Source: a virus | Taxonomy: Duplodnaviria; Caudoviricetes | Virus record (IMG/VR): IMGVR_UViG_3300032093_000005 | Length of the DNA: 64,000 bases | Strand: one strand, 5' to 3' | In this document: positions 30,737 to 41,385 of the stretch, in pieces | Numbering within the stretch: the stretch's first letter is position 1 | How the letters are laid out: every line of letters starts with the position of its first letter | Position numbers and translations under genes: made by a program | Notes under the pieces: generated by a model | Seen by the model: the letters and a program-made list of their open reading frames with translations, nothing else | Told to the model about the DNA's origin: nothing | Databases searched by the model: none

Positions 30737-32767
30737 TTATGTTGGACAATCTATTGATGTTTGAATACCTACTTTATCTCTAATTGTTTGTTGAGATATT
30801 GTACCAAGAATTGGTTTCAAGATAGCACCAAATCCAGTGTCTGAGTTAACTGTAATTACAGGAATATCAGAAACCTCCAAAATATTTAGAGGTGTTGCCG
30901 AAAGTATTCTACCATTATCAACTGTTAAACTATAAGTATTTCCAAGATTATCGGTTGCAGTATCATTGTTAGAGTATTCTAATCCAGCAGTTTGTACTAT
31001 AACATCAGTAACACCATAAGCATCTTGATTTTGCACTAATGGATATCCTTCACCAGAAGATAGCATATAAATTGCAGTTACTTCTCCAGCATCATTGATT
31101 ACTGCTCTACCTTTTGCACCATATCCTAATCCACAACTATCACTAAATTCAACAAAGGGTGGAAACCGATATCCAGAACCAGGATTTGTAACTACAGATC
31201 CAATAATACTTGCAGTCTGTGTTACATTATTGATTGCATTTATGAGTGGATTTCTAGCACCAAGAATGGCAATTGCTGTTGCTCCAGATCCTCCTCCACC
31301 AAAAATGTTAATTGTAGGAGAACCACAAGTCGCTGGGAATGTTGGAATACACTCACCCAATCCGTTGACAGCATCCTGTAAGATATCGTTTGAGAATACA
31401 TCTGCAATTCCTGCAACACCTTCAACTGCAGAAGTTACATCTCCAACAACACTACCAATAGTGTTTGCAATATCAAAAATACTATTAAATGATTCTAGAG
31501 GATCTATACTACTCTTTGGACCAACTCCAACTACCCATTCTTTAGTTCCATCACACTTATTATTGCTTTGATTACAGTCAAAGAGACCACCAGATCCACT
31601 AAATAAATCTTTTGCACTTTTAATAAAATCAACAACACTAAAAACACCACCCAATAAAGCAGAAATACCATCTAAAGCAGAAGATAATCCATCAGCAATC
31701 GCATCGGTAATTGTATTAATAAGAGATCCGATGAATTGCTCTGCTATACAAGTTACAAATCTTTCAACATTTTCGAGAAGTGATTCAAGTAACTGAATAA
31801 TCAAATCTTTAAGACCCTCAACAATTGCATTTGCGACACAAGAAAGTGCTTCTTCTAGAACTTTAATCGGAATTACAAAAACTTCATTAGACTTATATCC
31901 TGCAGTATGTGCTGCTGCTGGACTACCAGTTGCAGCAAGAACTGACCCATAAACACTAATATACAGTGCTTGTAATGCTTTTGGAATAATTCCTGGATTT
32001 TTCTCATCACCAACTAGATACTCATAAATTATATTAAAAATTTCACCAACTAACCAGTTGACTGCACCTTTAATTACCTCAGCAGTATTTTGAATTGCCT
32101 GTTTAAAATCAGAAATTTTTCCTTGGGCATCTTGTATATCTTTAAGTAAATTATCAACTTCGGATTTTACTGTTTTAATTGTTGTATCTTCACAAGTATC
32201 GGCAAATACAACTTTTTTTCCAATACCACTATAAGCAGATATTTCTTTTAATCTTGCTGCTACTTCTGGAGGAACTGCTCTTGGACTTTTTTGAGATTGC
32301 TCTGTTGCTTCATTTGATTCATCAGATTCTATTCTACCAGTTCCTTTTGGACTTTTTACTCTAGATGTGTGTCCAGTAAAAGGAGTAAAAGGATTTTTAT
32401 ATTCGGCAGTTGACCAATCACTTGTATGACCAAGTGTTCCCATAATAACTGGGATTTGTGCATTATCACCATCCATGAAAAATCCAATGACCATATCGCC
32501 AGGTCTTATTTTTGGATTTACTGCATACTTTGCTGCACCACTTCCAGTAGTAGTTGGGAACATAACCTGCGCCCATGGAAGATCATCATTTGATAATTCA
32601 GAAACGTCTAAAGGATGGTATCCTATAATTCTAACTTTGTATCTGTATCCCCATCCACCACCATTTGCTTGCTCTTCCCACGATTCTACCGGTGCAATTT
32701 GACCTAACCACCAACGAAAACCGTCTCTACCAATAAAATGACTTTGAAGTAATGATTGATCTAACAT
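30737..32767 (-). CDS. gp5: Baseplate hub subunit gp5 (OB-fold N-terminus)
   Basis: FIGRDGFRWWLGQI...RYKVRIIGYH...LPWAQV...VIGFFMDG...PVIMG. Confidence 0.85.
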   Translation of the reverse strand: MLDQSLLQSHFIGRDGFRWWLGQIAPVESWEEQANGGGWGYRYKVRIIGYHPLDVSELSNDDLPWAQVMFPTTTGSGAAKYAVNPKIRPGDMVIGFFMDGDNAQIPVIMGTLGHTSDWSTAEYKNPFTPFTGHTSRVKSPKGTGRIESDESNEATEQSQKSPRAVPPEVAARLKEISAYSGIGKKVVFADTCEDTTIKTVKSEVDNLLKDIQDAQGKISDFKQAIQNTAEVIKGAVNWLVGEIFNIIYEYLVGDEKNPGIIPKALQALYISVYGSVLAATGSPAAAHTAGYKSNEVFVIPIKVLEEALSCVANAIVEGLKDLIIQLLESLLENVERFVTCIAEQFIGSLINTITDAIADGLSSALDGISALLGGVFSVVDFIKSAKDLFSGSGGLFDCNQSNNKCDGTKEWVVGVGPKSSIDPLESFNSIFDIANTIGSVVGDVTSAVEGVAGIADVFSNDILQDAVNGLGECIPTFPATCGSPTINIFGGGGSGATAIAILGARNPLINAINNVTQTASIIGSVVTNPGSGYRFPPFVEFSDSCGLGYGAKGRAVINDAGEVTAIYMLSSGEGYPLVQNQDAYGVTDVIVQTAGLEYSNNDTATDNLGNTYSLTVDNGRILSATPLNILEVSDIPVITVNSDTGFGAILKPILGTISQQTIRDKVGIQTSIDCPT

Positions 32768-34114
32768 TTACGTTTTTCTTGCCTCTACATTGACTCCAAA
32801 TGTATCACGAATGAGTTTCATAGATGTATATGAATTCTCAACATCAAAATGATGACATAGTTCTTTAATCATATATAGACCACTTGTTTCAGGGTCAAAT
32901 TCTTTTGCATTTGATTGAGTGATTTTTGGAAAGTTGCATTCAATGATATCACCAGCTTTTAGATTTGTATTTGACGGTACAACAATATTAACAACCTGAG
33001 TAAACAATGTGTTATATCTCATGAGTGATTGTGATTGATAATCTATTGGATCTGCATTTAGATTTTTAGATACATCTTTTTCCATTGTTCCAACATCTAA
33101 AATTCCAGTGATAATTCTAGTTGGAATATCTCCAAGAGTTTGACTTGAATTATTATCTAATCTTGGAAGATTAAATGATTTTCTTCCAAGATTACTTGTT
33201 TTTCGATCATAATTACTTTGTTTGAATACTTCTTTACCTGGAGATGTGATTGTTCCATTTAATGGATTAAAGAAAATTCTATAATTTGCATAAGTTCCTA
33301 AACGAAGTTTTTCAAGTAAATTTTGATTTTTATCAACATAGTAATTCAAAATTTTAAAATCATTATTTACTTTTTTATCATTCTCATCATAAGATGTTTG
33401 AGATTCTGTATAAGTATAAGTTGCTTTTGGACTTTGTTTCATTAGTTCATCAAGAGATCTAAATTGAAACCCATCTTGAGTTTGATAGAAGACAAAACCA
33501 GCAGTAGCACTTCCAGAACTTTCAGGAACTGCTTTTGATGCTAACCAAACTAAAACTGTAAATGGTTTTCTTAGATTGCCAATGAAACCATATTTGTTAG
33601 ATGAAGGATTTATTGTTCCTAATTTATTTGTTTTTAATGTATCCCTTAAAATTGCCGATACAGAATCACTAATTCTTAAAGAAGTTGGAAATTTTTTAGA
33701 AACTCTTACTGTTTCATTCGTGATTGCTTCTCTTGATACTAAATGCAAAGTAAATGTTTCTCTGTTTGTTTCAGATATTACATCAGTGATGCTTGAAACA
33801 TAAAAATAGTCATCTGCTTTCTTAGAAAAATTTAATCCTGGATTTGTTGCTGAGTTGCCAGCGATATTTAAAGAAACCCTTTCTCCCCCACGAAGAGGAA
33901 GACCATTATAAATTGACTGCTTATCCCCACTTTTACCATCTGCTGGTGTGATAACATTTCCATTATCAATGACTTTAAGTTTTGCAGTGATTGTTGGTGA
34001 AAAAATATCTTCATAATACTCAAATAAAATAGCACCAGTTATTAGATCAATCGTTCTTGATCCGTCATTTGATTCTAAAATAAGTTCATTGTATAAGGAC
34101 TTTTTAATTGACAT
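32768..34114 (-). CDS. Baseplate hub/tail protein (gp27-like)
   Basis: YYEDIFSP, FVFYQTQDGFQFRS, SGLYMIKELCH; position next to gp5. Confidence 0.6.
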   Translation of the reverse strand: MSIKKSLYNELILESNDGSRTIDLITGAILFEYYEDIFSPTITAKLKVIDNGNVITPADGKSGDKQSIYNGLPLRGGERVSLNIAGNSATNPGLNFSKKADDYFYVSSITDVISETNRETFTLHLVSREAITNETVRVSKKFPTSLRISDSVSAILRDTLKTNKLGTINPSSNKYGFIGNLRKPFTVLVWLASKAVPESSGSATAGFVFYQTQDGFQFRSLDELMKQSPKATYTYTESQTSYDENDKKVNNDFKILNYYVDKNQNLLEKLRLGTYANYRIFFNPLNGTITSPGKEVFKQSNYDRKTSNLGRKSFNLPRLDNNSSQTLGDIPTRIITGILDVGTMEKDVSKNLNADPIDYQSQSLMRYNTLFTQVVNIVVPSNTNLKAGDIIECNFPKITQSNAKEFDPETSGLYMIKELCHHFDVENSYTSMKLIRDTFGVNVEARKT

Positions 34115-36042
34115 TATAGATACGCCAGATCGAGCAAGAGTTTGTTCTTAATAAAATTATTTAACAGTTTAAATTCGGTGATTGTTGGAGTAACTGTAGG
34201 TTGTTGAGATGGGTATGATACTTGTGGTGCTTGTGCCTGTGGTTGTGTATCATCAATGAATATTATTTGTGATCCTTTTCTTTCGGGAGTCATTGCCGCT
34301 GGTTGTCCCATTCGTGAAGATGGGAAAGAAATTTGTGCGGGTGGAGTACTAGGTTGTGATGTTATTGCTCCAGGTTTAGCATATTTTAAAGGGTGTCTTT
34401 TTAACCAGGATCCTGGATCTTCAAAAGAAGTAAACTGCCCATTACTTTGTGGAGGATTATTTGAGATTTCCCAGTGTAAATGTGGTCCAGTTGATTCACC
34501 TGTGCTTCCAACATAACCCATCAAAGTTCCCTGATTAATAACTTGTCCAACACTTACAGAAGGACGATTTCTCATATGACCAAAGAAATGATATGCACCA
34601 TACATATCATCTTGCCAAACAACCCAGTTTCCGTAACCAGCAGAAGATGCAGTTCCATCTATACCAATATGAGTTACTTTTCCAGGAAAATATGCATATA
34701 AAGGAGTTCCACTAGCAGCAGCAATATCATATCCTTTATGTTGTTTTCCCCATCTCATTCCTTTTCCTGAGGTTATTGTTGCTCCAGAACCAGGTTTAAA
34801 TGGACTATATGGAACACTTAAAGGTTTATTACCCATTGATGCACCACTTGTTCCAGTTACAGGTGTAAAACTTGTTGCTAAAGGAGTTTGTGGAGTAACC
34901 GATGGTTTTTGTGGTTGTCCTGATGAAGGTTTAAAGTTTTTAATAAATTGATTGTGTTTTCTTCTCCGTTCAGCATAAACTCCTTTAGATGGATTCTCCC
35001 ATTGTATCATCCAGTCATCTGCCGCCTCTTCTGGAGTATTAAACTGTTTTCTTAAATATAATGGAGTATTTGGATCATTCTTTATTGCAAAATCAACTTG
35101 TCCTTTCCAATTAGTTTTATAATCAGGAACTGCTTTTAAAAATGCGTTTTTTCTTGACGGAAAAGAATATTGAAATAATCCAACACCAGATTTTGTCCCA
35201 CCTTTTTCAGTAACTCCAATTTGAAATCCACTTTCTCCTTGTATATTTGCCAAAATACCAAGTGCATGAATATGGGGCACTCCCAACTGTCTTAAATATG
35301 AATAAACTGCCTGAGGACTTACTGTTCCACTACTAGCAGTATCTTCTTCAGGAAACATAGTATCAGGTCTTTCTTCATCAAGAGCAGGTGCTTGTTCTCC
35401 GGTTTCTACAGATTCATTAAGTGGTGTGGTAAAAAGTCTGAATGTTTCTGTAATTTCATCACCTAAACCTTGAACTGCAAGATTAAGTTCATCAAAAGAT
35501 TGTGCAACACTTCCCTCACTAAACGAATTAAAATCAAGTGTAATAATTGCATTGAATGAATTCTCTAAAACAGATCCAAATGATTTGATAATATTTTGCA
35601 TATTACCGACCATATTATACATCGTTCTACCAAATATCTGAATTCTAGTTACAAACTCTTGACCCATAAAAATCCAAGTCGGTAGATTTTCTACAATCCA
35701 TCCAGCAGTTATAAATCCTAAAAATCCAACCAATCTCCCTAAAGGTCCCTTATCACTTCTCCCTGCAAAGGCAAGTCCTCTTGAAGGAGATGTTGATACT
35801 CTAGAAGATTCTAACTGATCCTCAATTTCTTGTCTTTTTGCTGCTTCTCTTCTTCTAGATTCAATAAGTTGAGTATTTGCAAATAATTCTCTTTTAACTC
35901 TAGTATTTGTCGCAATAATTTTAGAGATATTACTAACAGAATCATTAACAGAAGAAACACTTCTCTTTGTTTCAAACAAAGATTTAGAAATATTGGTAAT
36001 ATTAATTGATGATGTTCTAAGTGAATCTGATATTGATGCCAT
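34114..36042 (-). CDS. Tail-associated peptidoglycan hydrolase (phage-tail lysozyme plus M23 peptidase)
   Basis: GILANIQGESG...GVGLFQY lysozyme-like domain; HKGYD...HFFGH...GSTGESTGPHLHWE M23 motifs. Confidence 0.8.
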   Translation of the reverse strand: MASISDSLRTSSINITNISKSLFETKRSVSSVNDSVSNISKIIATNTRVKRELFANTQLIESRRREAAKRQEIEDQLESSRVSTSPSRGLAFAGRSDKGPLGRLVGFLGFITAGWIVENLPTWIFMGQEFVTRIQIFGRTMYNMVGNMQNIIKSFGSVLENSFNAIITLDFNSFSEGSVAQSFDELNLAVQGLGDEITETFRLFTTPLNESVETGEQAPALDEERPDTMFPEEDTASSGTVSPQAVYSYLRQLGVPHIHALGILANIQGESGFQIGVTEKGGTKSGVGLFQYSFPSRKNAFLKAVPDYKTNWKGQVDFAIKNDPNTPLYLRKQFNTPEEAADDWMIQWENPSKGVYAERRRKHNQFIKNFKPSSGQPQKPSVTPQTPLATSFTPVTGTSGASMGNKPLSVPYSPFKPGSGATITSGKGMRWGKQHKGYDIAAASGTPLYAYFPGKVTHIGIDGTASSAGYGNWVVWQDDMYGAYHFFGHMRNRPSVSVGQVINQGTLMGYVGSTGESTGPHLHWEISNNPPQSNGQFTSFEDPGSWLKRHPLKYAKPGAITSQPSTPPAQISFPSSRMGQPAAMTPERKGSQIIFIDDTQPQAQAPQVSYPSQQPTVTPTITEFKLLNNFIKNKLLLDLAYL

Positions 36043-36043
36043 C

Positions 36044-37660
36044 TTATGTTACCACATTATAATTTAACTGAGAATATAAAACATAAAAATTATCAGGATT
36101 TGCAGAGTTAATCAAAGGAACATCAGATAATGCTCCACTTGTCAATGGAACATTTGCTTGTTGATTAGCATTATTTGATGATTTAATCATTGTTATTGAT
36201 GGTTGTGGTTCTGGCAACTGACCAACCTGTGTTGGTGGTTTTGCAGGTGGTGTAACTTCTGCTGGAGATGCTACAACAGCATCTGGCAATCTCATTTCGG
36301 ACCAATTGTATCCTTTAGATGCTGCCCAAGATTTTGCTTGTTGCTTTTCTTCTGGAGTCATTTTACTCCATGCATCTTCAATTCTCCCTCTTGCAAAGGG
36401 ATTATTTCTATATTGCCATGCCTGTTCAAATTTTGAAACCATTTCTGGACTTGGAGCAGATGGCATCATGGTAGTTTGTGGTTGCACTGCAGCAGGAGCA
36501 GGTGCTGGTGCGGCCGCAGGTGCAGGTTCTGCTGCTGGTTTTGGAGATTCTTTTGGTTTTTCTTCTGCTGCTGGTTTTAGAGATTCTTTAGGTTTTTCTT
36601 CTGTTAAAATTCTAGTATTTGTTTCAGTTTTTCCAAAAAACTTATCATAAATTTCTTTTCCAAACTTTTGACCTGGACCATATGCAAGAGCACCAGAAAT
36701 AAGTCCTGTTCCTGGAATAGGTATTAAAGATCCTAAACCAAAAGCGGCAGCAGAAGTAATCATACCGCTCGTGGCACCTGCAACTGCTCTGGCAGGATTT
36801 TCTCCTCCAGCAATGTCAAGTCCTGTCATCAATGCACCAATTGCAATATTACTTCTTACATTAAGACCACTACCAGGTTTTGGTCCAGCAGGTTTTGGTC
36901 CAGCAGGCTTTGGACCGCCAATACGAGGGAGTAATGCTGCTGCAATTGCTAAAGGTTTTGCAATTAATAATCTTGTTAATCCAAAAGCAATTCTACCAAT
37001 TGTATTTTTAACAATCGAAAATCCTGCACGAATTGCTAGTAAACCACCACCAATGATTGCAAGATTTTTAATAATATTAAATTTAATATTATTAAAGAGA
37101 CTTGTATTCTTATCTTCAGATGCTTGTATTGCTTGGACAACTTGATTTGTTAACCAACCACCAAATAAAATTCCAAGTGCAGCACCAATTCTACCAAAGA
37201 CATCATCTACCTTTGGAGTTAATTTCTGAACTGGAGTAACAAGAGCATTTTGTATCTTTTGCTCTAATTCATTCTCTTTACCAATTCTAACTTGTTGTTC
37301 TGCTAATCTTCTTTCTTTCTCTTGTTCTGCTCTTGTTCTAGATATTTCTTCAGCATTATCTTGTTGGAGAAGTGTTGCAATGCTTGCAAGACCTGTTCCT
37401 AACTTACCAATATCAGATCTTAATGCTTGAATATTAGAATTAAATCCTAAGAGTGCTTGCTCTTGAGACTGAATCACTCTAACATTCTGGTTATCAATTT
37501 CTCTTTTTCTATTTTCAGATTCTATTAATTGATTTCTGAAAACAGATTGATCAATTATTGATTTCTTTAAAAGTGCATTTCTAACTTCTTGAGACAGAGG
37601 AGATCCCGTGCCTGGATCTATTCCAGATCTACCAACTTTTTCGGGATCTAACTCAGCCAT
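36044..37660 (-). CDS. Baseplate hub/tail length-related protein (gp29-like)
   Basis: Coiled-coil N-terminus, hydrophobic middle, low-complexity P/A/K repeats; synteny. Confidence 0.5.
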   Translation of the reverse strand: MAELDPEKVGRSGIDPGTGSPLSQEVRNALLKKSIIDQSVFRNQLIESENRKREIDNQNVRVIQSQEQALLGFNSNIQALRSDIGKLGTGLASIATLLQQDNAEEISRTRAEQEKERRLAEQQVRIGKENELEQKIQNALVTPVQKLTPKVDDVFGRIGAALGILFGGWLTNQVVQAIQASEDKNTSLFNNIKFNIIKNLAIIGGGLLAIRAGFSIVKNTIGRIAFGLTRLLIAKPLAIAAALLPRIGGPKPAGPKPAGPKPGSGLNVRSNIAIGALMTGLDIAGGENPARAVAGATSGMITSAAAFGLGSLIPIPGTGLISGALAYGPGQKFGKEIYDKFFGKTETNTRILTEEKPKESLKPAAEEKPKESPKPAAEPAPAAAPAPAPAAVQPQTTMMPSAPSPEMVSKFEQAWQYRNNPFARGRIEDAWSKMTPEEKQQAKSWAASKGYNWSEMRLPDAVVASPAEVTPPAKPPTQVGQLPEPQPSITMIKSSNNANQQANVPLTSGALSDVPLINSANPDNFYVLYSQLNYNVVT

Positions 37661-37826
37661 TTGTGTTGTTCTTTAAGTTTTCTTCTTCAATATATTGTTT
37701 GAGAAGAGCAATATAAACTTCCCTTTCCCAAGGTATAAGATTTTCTATTTCTGTCAATGAATATTTATGGTGTTGAACAAGAGAAAAGTTAGTTTTATAA
37801 TATGACTCAAGATTTTCATGAGCCAT
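37653..37826 (-). CDS. gp51: Baseplate hub assembly catalyst gp51 (57 aa)
   Basis: Hand translation: MAHENLESYYKTNFSLVQHHKYSLTEIENLIPWEREVYIALLKQYIEEEN. Confidence 0.85.
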   Translation of the reverse strand: MAHENLESYYKTNFSLVQHHKYSLTEIENLIPWEREVYIALLKQYIEEENLKNNTNG

Positions 37827-37828
37827 TC

Positions 37829-38554
37829 CTAAGCGAAAAAACTTGATAACCCTTCCAGTAATACTTCACTCTCAACTCCAGTATTTGGATTCTTGACTTT
37901 AAGTGTATGAGAAAGTTTAGGCATCGTTGCAAAAAACTTTTCAACTTCTTTGAATTGCTTTGAACTTAACTGATCAATAAATTCAGAAAGTTCTTTTGCT
38001 GTGCAATCAGATGCTGACCAAGATTCTTCTTCATTATAAACTTGTTCCACACAAGACATAATCAAATCAAAAGTATCATCAACACTCATGTTAAAGTCAT
38101 TTCCAAAGTTTGTTTTGATAAACTCTTTCATTGATGGATACTTCATTCTAAGAGTTAGATTAGAATCTAATTTAATATCTCTAGAATGTTCTTCATTTAC
38201 ACTAATTTTAATATCATCAAGATTAATGCTGATTGGAACTTGTGTTTGACCATCATCAGGACAAGTAATTAAAACATCAACATTTTCACCAACAGACTTT
38301 CCACGAATATTAAGAAACAAATATTCAATATCAAAGGTTGCAAGTTGATCAACCTTAATTCCTTTTGTTAAAATACAATTGCTAATGACATTTTTAACAG
38401 CATCAGCAATTTGTTTTGAGTCTTCACTCTCCATTGCAATAATCAAGATCTTTTCTTCTTTTACAAGAAAAGGGCGATATTTGATTTCTTTTTTAAGAGA
38501 TGGAATTTCTAAACTATAAGACGGAGTTACAACAGTGGGTAATGGCATATTCAC
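37829..38554 (-). CDS. gp26: Baseplate hub subunit gp26
   Basis: MPLP...YSLEIPS...IKYRPFLVKEEKIL...FDIEYLFLNIRGKSVGE. Confidence 0.9.
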   Translation of the reverse strand: MNMPLPTVVTPSYSLEIPSLKKEIKYRPFLVKEEKILIIAMESEDSKQIADAVKNVISNCILTKGIKVDQLATFDIEYLFLNIRGKSVGENVDVLITCPDDGQTQVPISINLDDIKISVNEEHSRDIKLDSNLTLRMKYPSMKEFIKTNFGNDFNMSVDDTFDLIMSCVEQVYNEEESWSASDCTAKELSEFIDQLSSKQFKEVEKFFATMPKLSHTLKVKNPNTGVESEVLLEGLSSFFA

Positions 38555-38575
38555 CTACAAATCAGATAAAATTAT

Positions 38576-39394
38576 TTATCTATACTTTTGCAGATCCGTC
38601 CCGTAAAGAGACTCATATAAAGTTTGACCAGCAGGTAACAATTCTACACCATTTGAAGGAATAGATCCAGGAGATCTTGGAACTAATCTTGGTTTTGGAT
38701 CTCTTTGTGGTTGTTGTGGAGGTTGCCCGACTTCGTTATTATTATCAATATTCTCAAAAATATCTTTACTATAAGATTTACCAACTACATAACGCTCAAT
38801 TTTAAATGTTGCTTGCATAGACATCACGTTTGATTGTGAGTATGAAACTGGAATTGATGCAATATTATAAGGATACAAACCGATAAAAGTATATTCCAAT
38901 TCTCTCTTATAATCACGATCAAATTTAATAATACGAGTGCGATTTGATTTGTAATATTCCGGATACTGCATTCTAGTAAAATATCCTTGATCAACATTAT
39001 TATTGATTGGATTTAATTGACTATCAATTGGATTAGTAGATCCACTTGCGATGAATTCCATCCAATGTTCAAGAAACTTCAAGGTTTTATAATTTTTATC
39101 GACATAAAATTCTAGACTAATATCTTGATAGACTCTACGATGAGCAAAATTTTCTGTGATTCCAATATAGTTTCCAGAAACTTCTGCTACTGAAAGTTGT
39201 GTTGTTGGAAGAGCAGCATTATTACATAAAAGTCCAACATCTTCTGCAATGAATCGACGATCAATTCCTTTTCTACTTAGATAAGATAATAATTGTGGAG
39301 GAAGACCACCAAACTTTACTTCATAATGAGAAGTTTGAGCAAGGTTAGTGAATAATGGTTTTATATCCGATATTCTACGGGGTCTAACTGCCAC
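38576..39394 (-). CDS. Tail tube-related protein (gp54/gp19-like)
   Basis: LCNNAALP, ISLEFYVD, FLEHWMEFI, YTFIGLYP; synteny. Confidence 0.6.
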   Translation of the reverse strand: MAVRPRRISDIKPLFTNLAQTSHYEVKFGGLPPQLLSYLSRKGIDRRFIAEDVGLLCNNAALPTTQLSVAEVSGNYIGITENFAHRRVYQDISLEFYVDKNYKTLKFLEHWMEFIASGSTNPIDSQLNPINNNVDQGYFTRMQYPEYYKSNRTRIIKFDRDYKRELEYTFIGLYPYNIASIPVSYSQSNVMSMQATFKIERYVVGKSYSKDIFENIDNNNEVGQPPQQPQRDPKPRLVPRSPGSIPSNGVELLPAGQTLYESLYGTDLQKYR

Positions 39395-39434
39395 TCTAAA
39401 TACCTTATATGAGTCTTATAGTATAAGTATTTAG

Positions 39435-39872
39435 ATGTCATACAAAGGAAAATATAAACCATCATTTCCAGATAAGTATCGTGGAGATGTTACAAATATC
39501 ATATATCGTTCTTTATGGGAAAGAAAATTTTGCACTTATTGCGATCTAAATGAAAATATAATTGAATGGCAATCTGAAGAAAAAGCGATTCCCTACCGTT
39601 CTCCAGTGGACGGGAAGATACATCGTTACTTTCCAGATTTTCTTATTAAAGTCAAAGAATCGAATGGGTCAATCAAAAAATATATGATTGAGATTAAACC
39701 ATCAAAGCAAACGGTTCCTCCTATCAAACCTCAAAGACAAACGAAGAGATATATCAGTGAGGTTTATGAGTATGCTAAAAATCAATCAAAGTGGGAAGCA
39801 GCAAAAGAATGGTGTGCTGATCGTGGATATGAGTTCAAAATCATCACAGAACACGAACTAGGTATCAAGTAA
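39435..39872 (+). CDS. gp4: Head completion nuclease gp4
   Basis: YKGKYKP...YRSLWERKF...HRYFPDF...EIKP...KWEAAKEWC. Confidence 0.9.
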   Translation: MSYKGKYKPSFPDKYRGDVTNIIYRSLWERKFCTYCDLNENIIEWQSEEKAIPYRSPVDGKIHRYFPDFLIKVKESNGSIKKYMIEIKPSKQTVPPIKPQRQTKRYISEVYEYAKNQSKWEAAKEWCADRGYEFKIITEHELGIK

Positions 39873-40468
39873 TGGCACTCACAGGATACGAAAAACCATT
39901 AGATCAATATAACCAAAAAGAATTAGTAGAAATTGCTAAAGAATATAATCCTTATTATCAGACAGCAAGTGGAAAGGGAAAACTTGCAGGATATGAAAGA
40001 TTAACTAAGCAACAACTGATTAATATTATTAAAGTTGATATTGATTATATTGAAGCAAATCCAAAACTTCCTAGAAGAGTTAAAGGTCCCACTTATAGTA
40101 AAAGTAAATCAAAAAGTCTTACTGAGTTAAAAGAATCTTTATTAGGAGTAGAAACCCCCGATGAGCTCATGAATGAAATATTATCCAGACTTAGTGGAAG
40201 TGAAACACCTCTTCCACCTGCTCCTGGAAGATATTATACTTATGTTTATTATGCTAAAACTCCAAGAATTCTTTATGATCGATACCCATTAATTATTGTT
40301 GATAGTTTATTACCAAAAGGATTTAGAGGTTTTAATTTTCATCTTGGAAAATATAGACAATACAATACTCAAGATGGAGATCGATTAGTTAGCGGATTAT
40401 ATGAATTGAGCAGAGATGAATTTTCAATTTTACTAAGAATTCCCTACGGAAAAATAATTCAAAACTAA
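39872..40468 (+). CDS. gp2: DNA end protector gp2-like
   Basis: PGRYYTYVYYAKT...YDRYPLI...GFNFHL; follows gp4. Confidence 0.65.
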   Translation: MALTGYEKPLDQYNQKELVEIAKEYNPYYQTASGKGKLAGYERLTKQQLINIIKVDIDYIEANPKLPRRVKGPTYSKSKSKSLTELKESLLGVETPDELMNEILSRLSGSETPLPPAPGRYYTYVYYAKTPRILYDRYPLIIVDSLLPKGFRGFNFHLGKYRQYNTQDGDRLVSGLYELSRDEFSILLRIPYGKIIQN

Positions 40469-40491
40469 CAATAAATAGTTAGAAAAAATAA

Positions 40492-41385
40492 ATGGCAGAT
40501 TACTTCCGATATCCGATTAAAAATATTGGAAATCAAGACGACTATTTTAAGATTCAGGTGATTGAATATAAAGCACCTGGTCTTAATTTAACGGGTGGTT
40601 TTGCATTAAGAACAACAGAAGAAGCATTAAATCAATCTGGAAATATCAAAAATTCTCTGGCAACAATTATACTTCCAATGCCAGCAAATATTCAAGACAA
40701 TAATGCTGCAGATTGGACATCTGGAACTATGAATCCAGTTCAAGCAACTCTTGCTGCAGGTGGAAATAGTGCTATATTAAGTTCCAATCTTGTAGGATCG
40801 GTTGGGGAATCAATTACAAAAGCATTTGGAAATATTACTGAAGCCATAAAATCTGGAGAAGGTCAAAAAGCAACTGCAGCAGGTGCAGCAGGTGCAGCAA
40901 TGGCGGCAGCATTAGGTCAAGGAGATATTAATTCAATTATTTCCAGAGCAACTGGACAAATTTTTAATCAAAACGTTGAACTACTATTTAATGGTGTAAC
41001 TCTTCGCCCAGCATATCAATTTTCTTTTGATATGGTCCCAAGATCTCAAAAAGAGTCTGAAATGATTAAAAATATTATTAGAATATTCAAAAAGAATATG
41101 ACTCCTCGAAAAGGGACACCAGACCAAAATGGTGGTGGTTTATTTGTTAAAGCACCAAATGTATTTAAGTTAGAATATATGAGTGGTGGAAAGCAGCATC
41201 CATTCTTACATCGTTTTAAACCATGTGCTTTAACACAAATAAGTATTAATTATAATGGTTCTTCACAATATGCAACATATGCTGATGCAACTCCTGTTCA
41301 TATGCAAATGACGTTACAATTCCAAGAACTGTCTCCAATTTACAATGAAGATTACAAAGAAACCGATATTGGAGTTGGTTACTAA
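40492..41385 (+). CDS. gp48: Baseplate tail tube cap gp48
   Basis: IFNQNVELLFNGVTLR...FSFDMVPRS..ES..IKNII...PNVFKLEY. Confidence 0.85.
   Translation: MADYFRYPIKNIGNQDDYFKIQVIEYKAPGLNLTGGFALRTTEEALNQSGNIKNSLATIILPMPANIQDNNAADWTSGTMNPVQATLAAGGNSAILSSNLVGSVGESITKAFGNITEAIKSGEGQKATAAGAAGAAMAAALGQGDINSIISRATGQIFNQNVELLFNGVTLRPAYQFSFDMVPRSQKESEMIKNIIRIFKKNMTPRKGTPDQNGGGLFVKAPNVFKLEYMSGGKQHPFLHRFKPCALTQISINYNGSSQYATYADATPVHMQMTLQFQELSPIYNEDYKETDIGVGY

Noticed and set aside
36044-37660. Short tandem repeats (GPKPA x3, EEKPKES x2)
   Set aside because: Ordinary low-complexity linkers in a tail protein.
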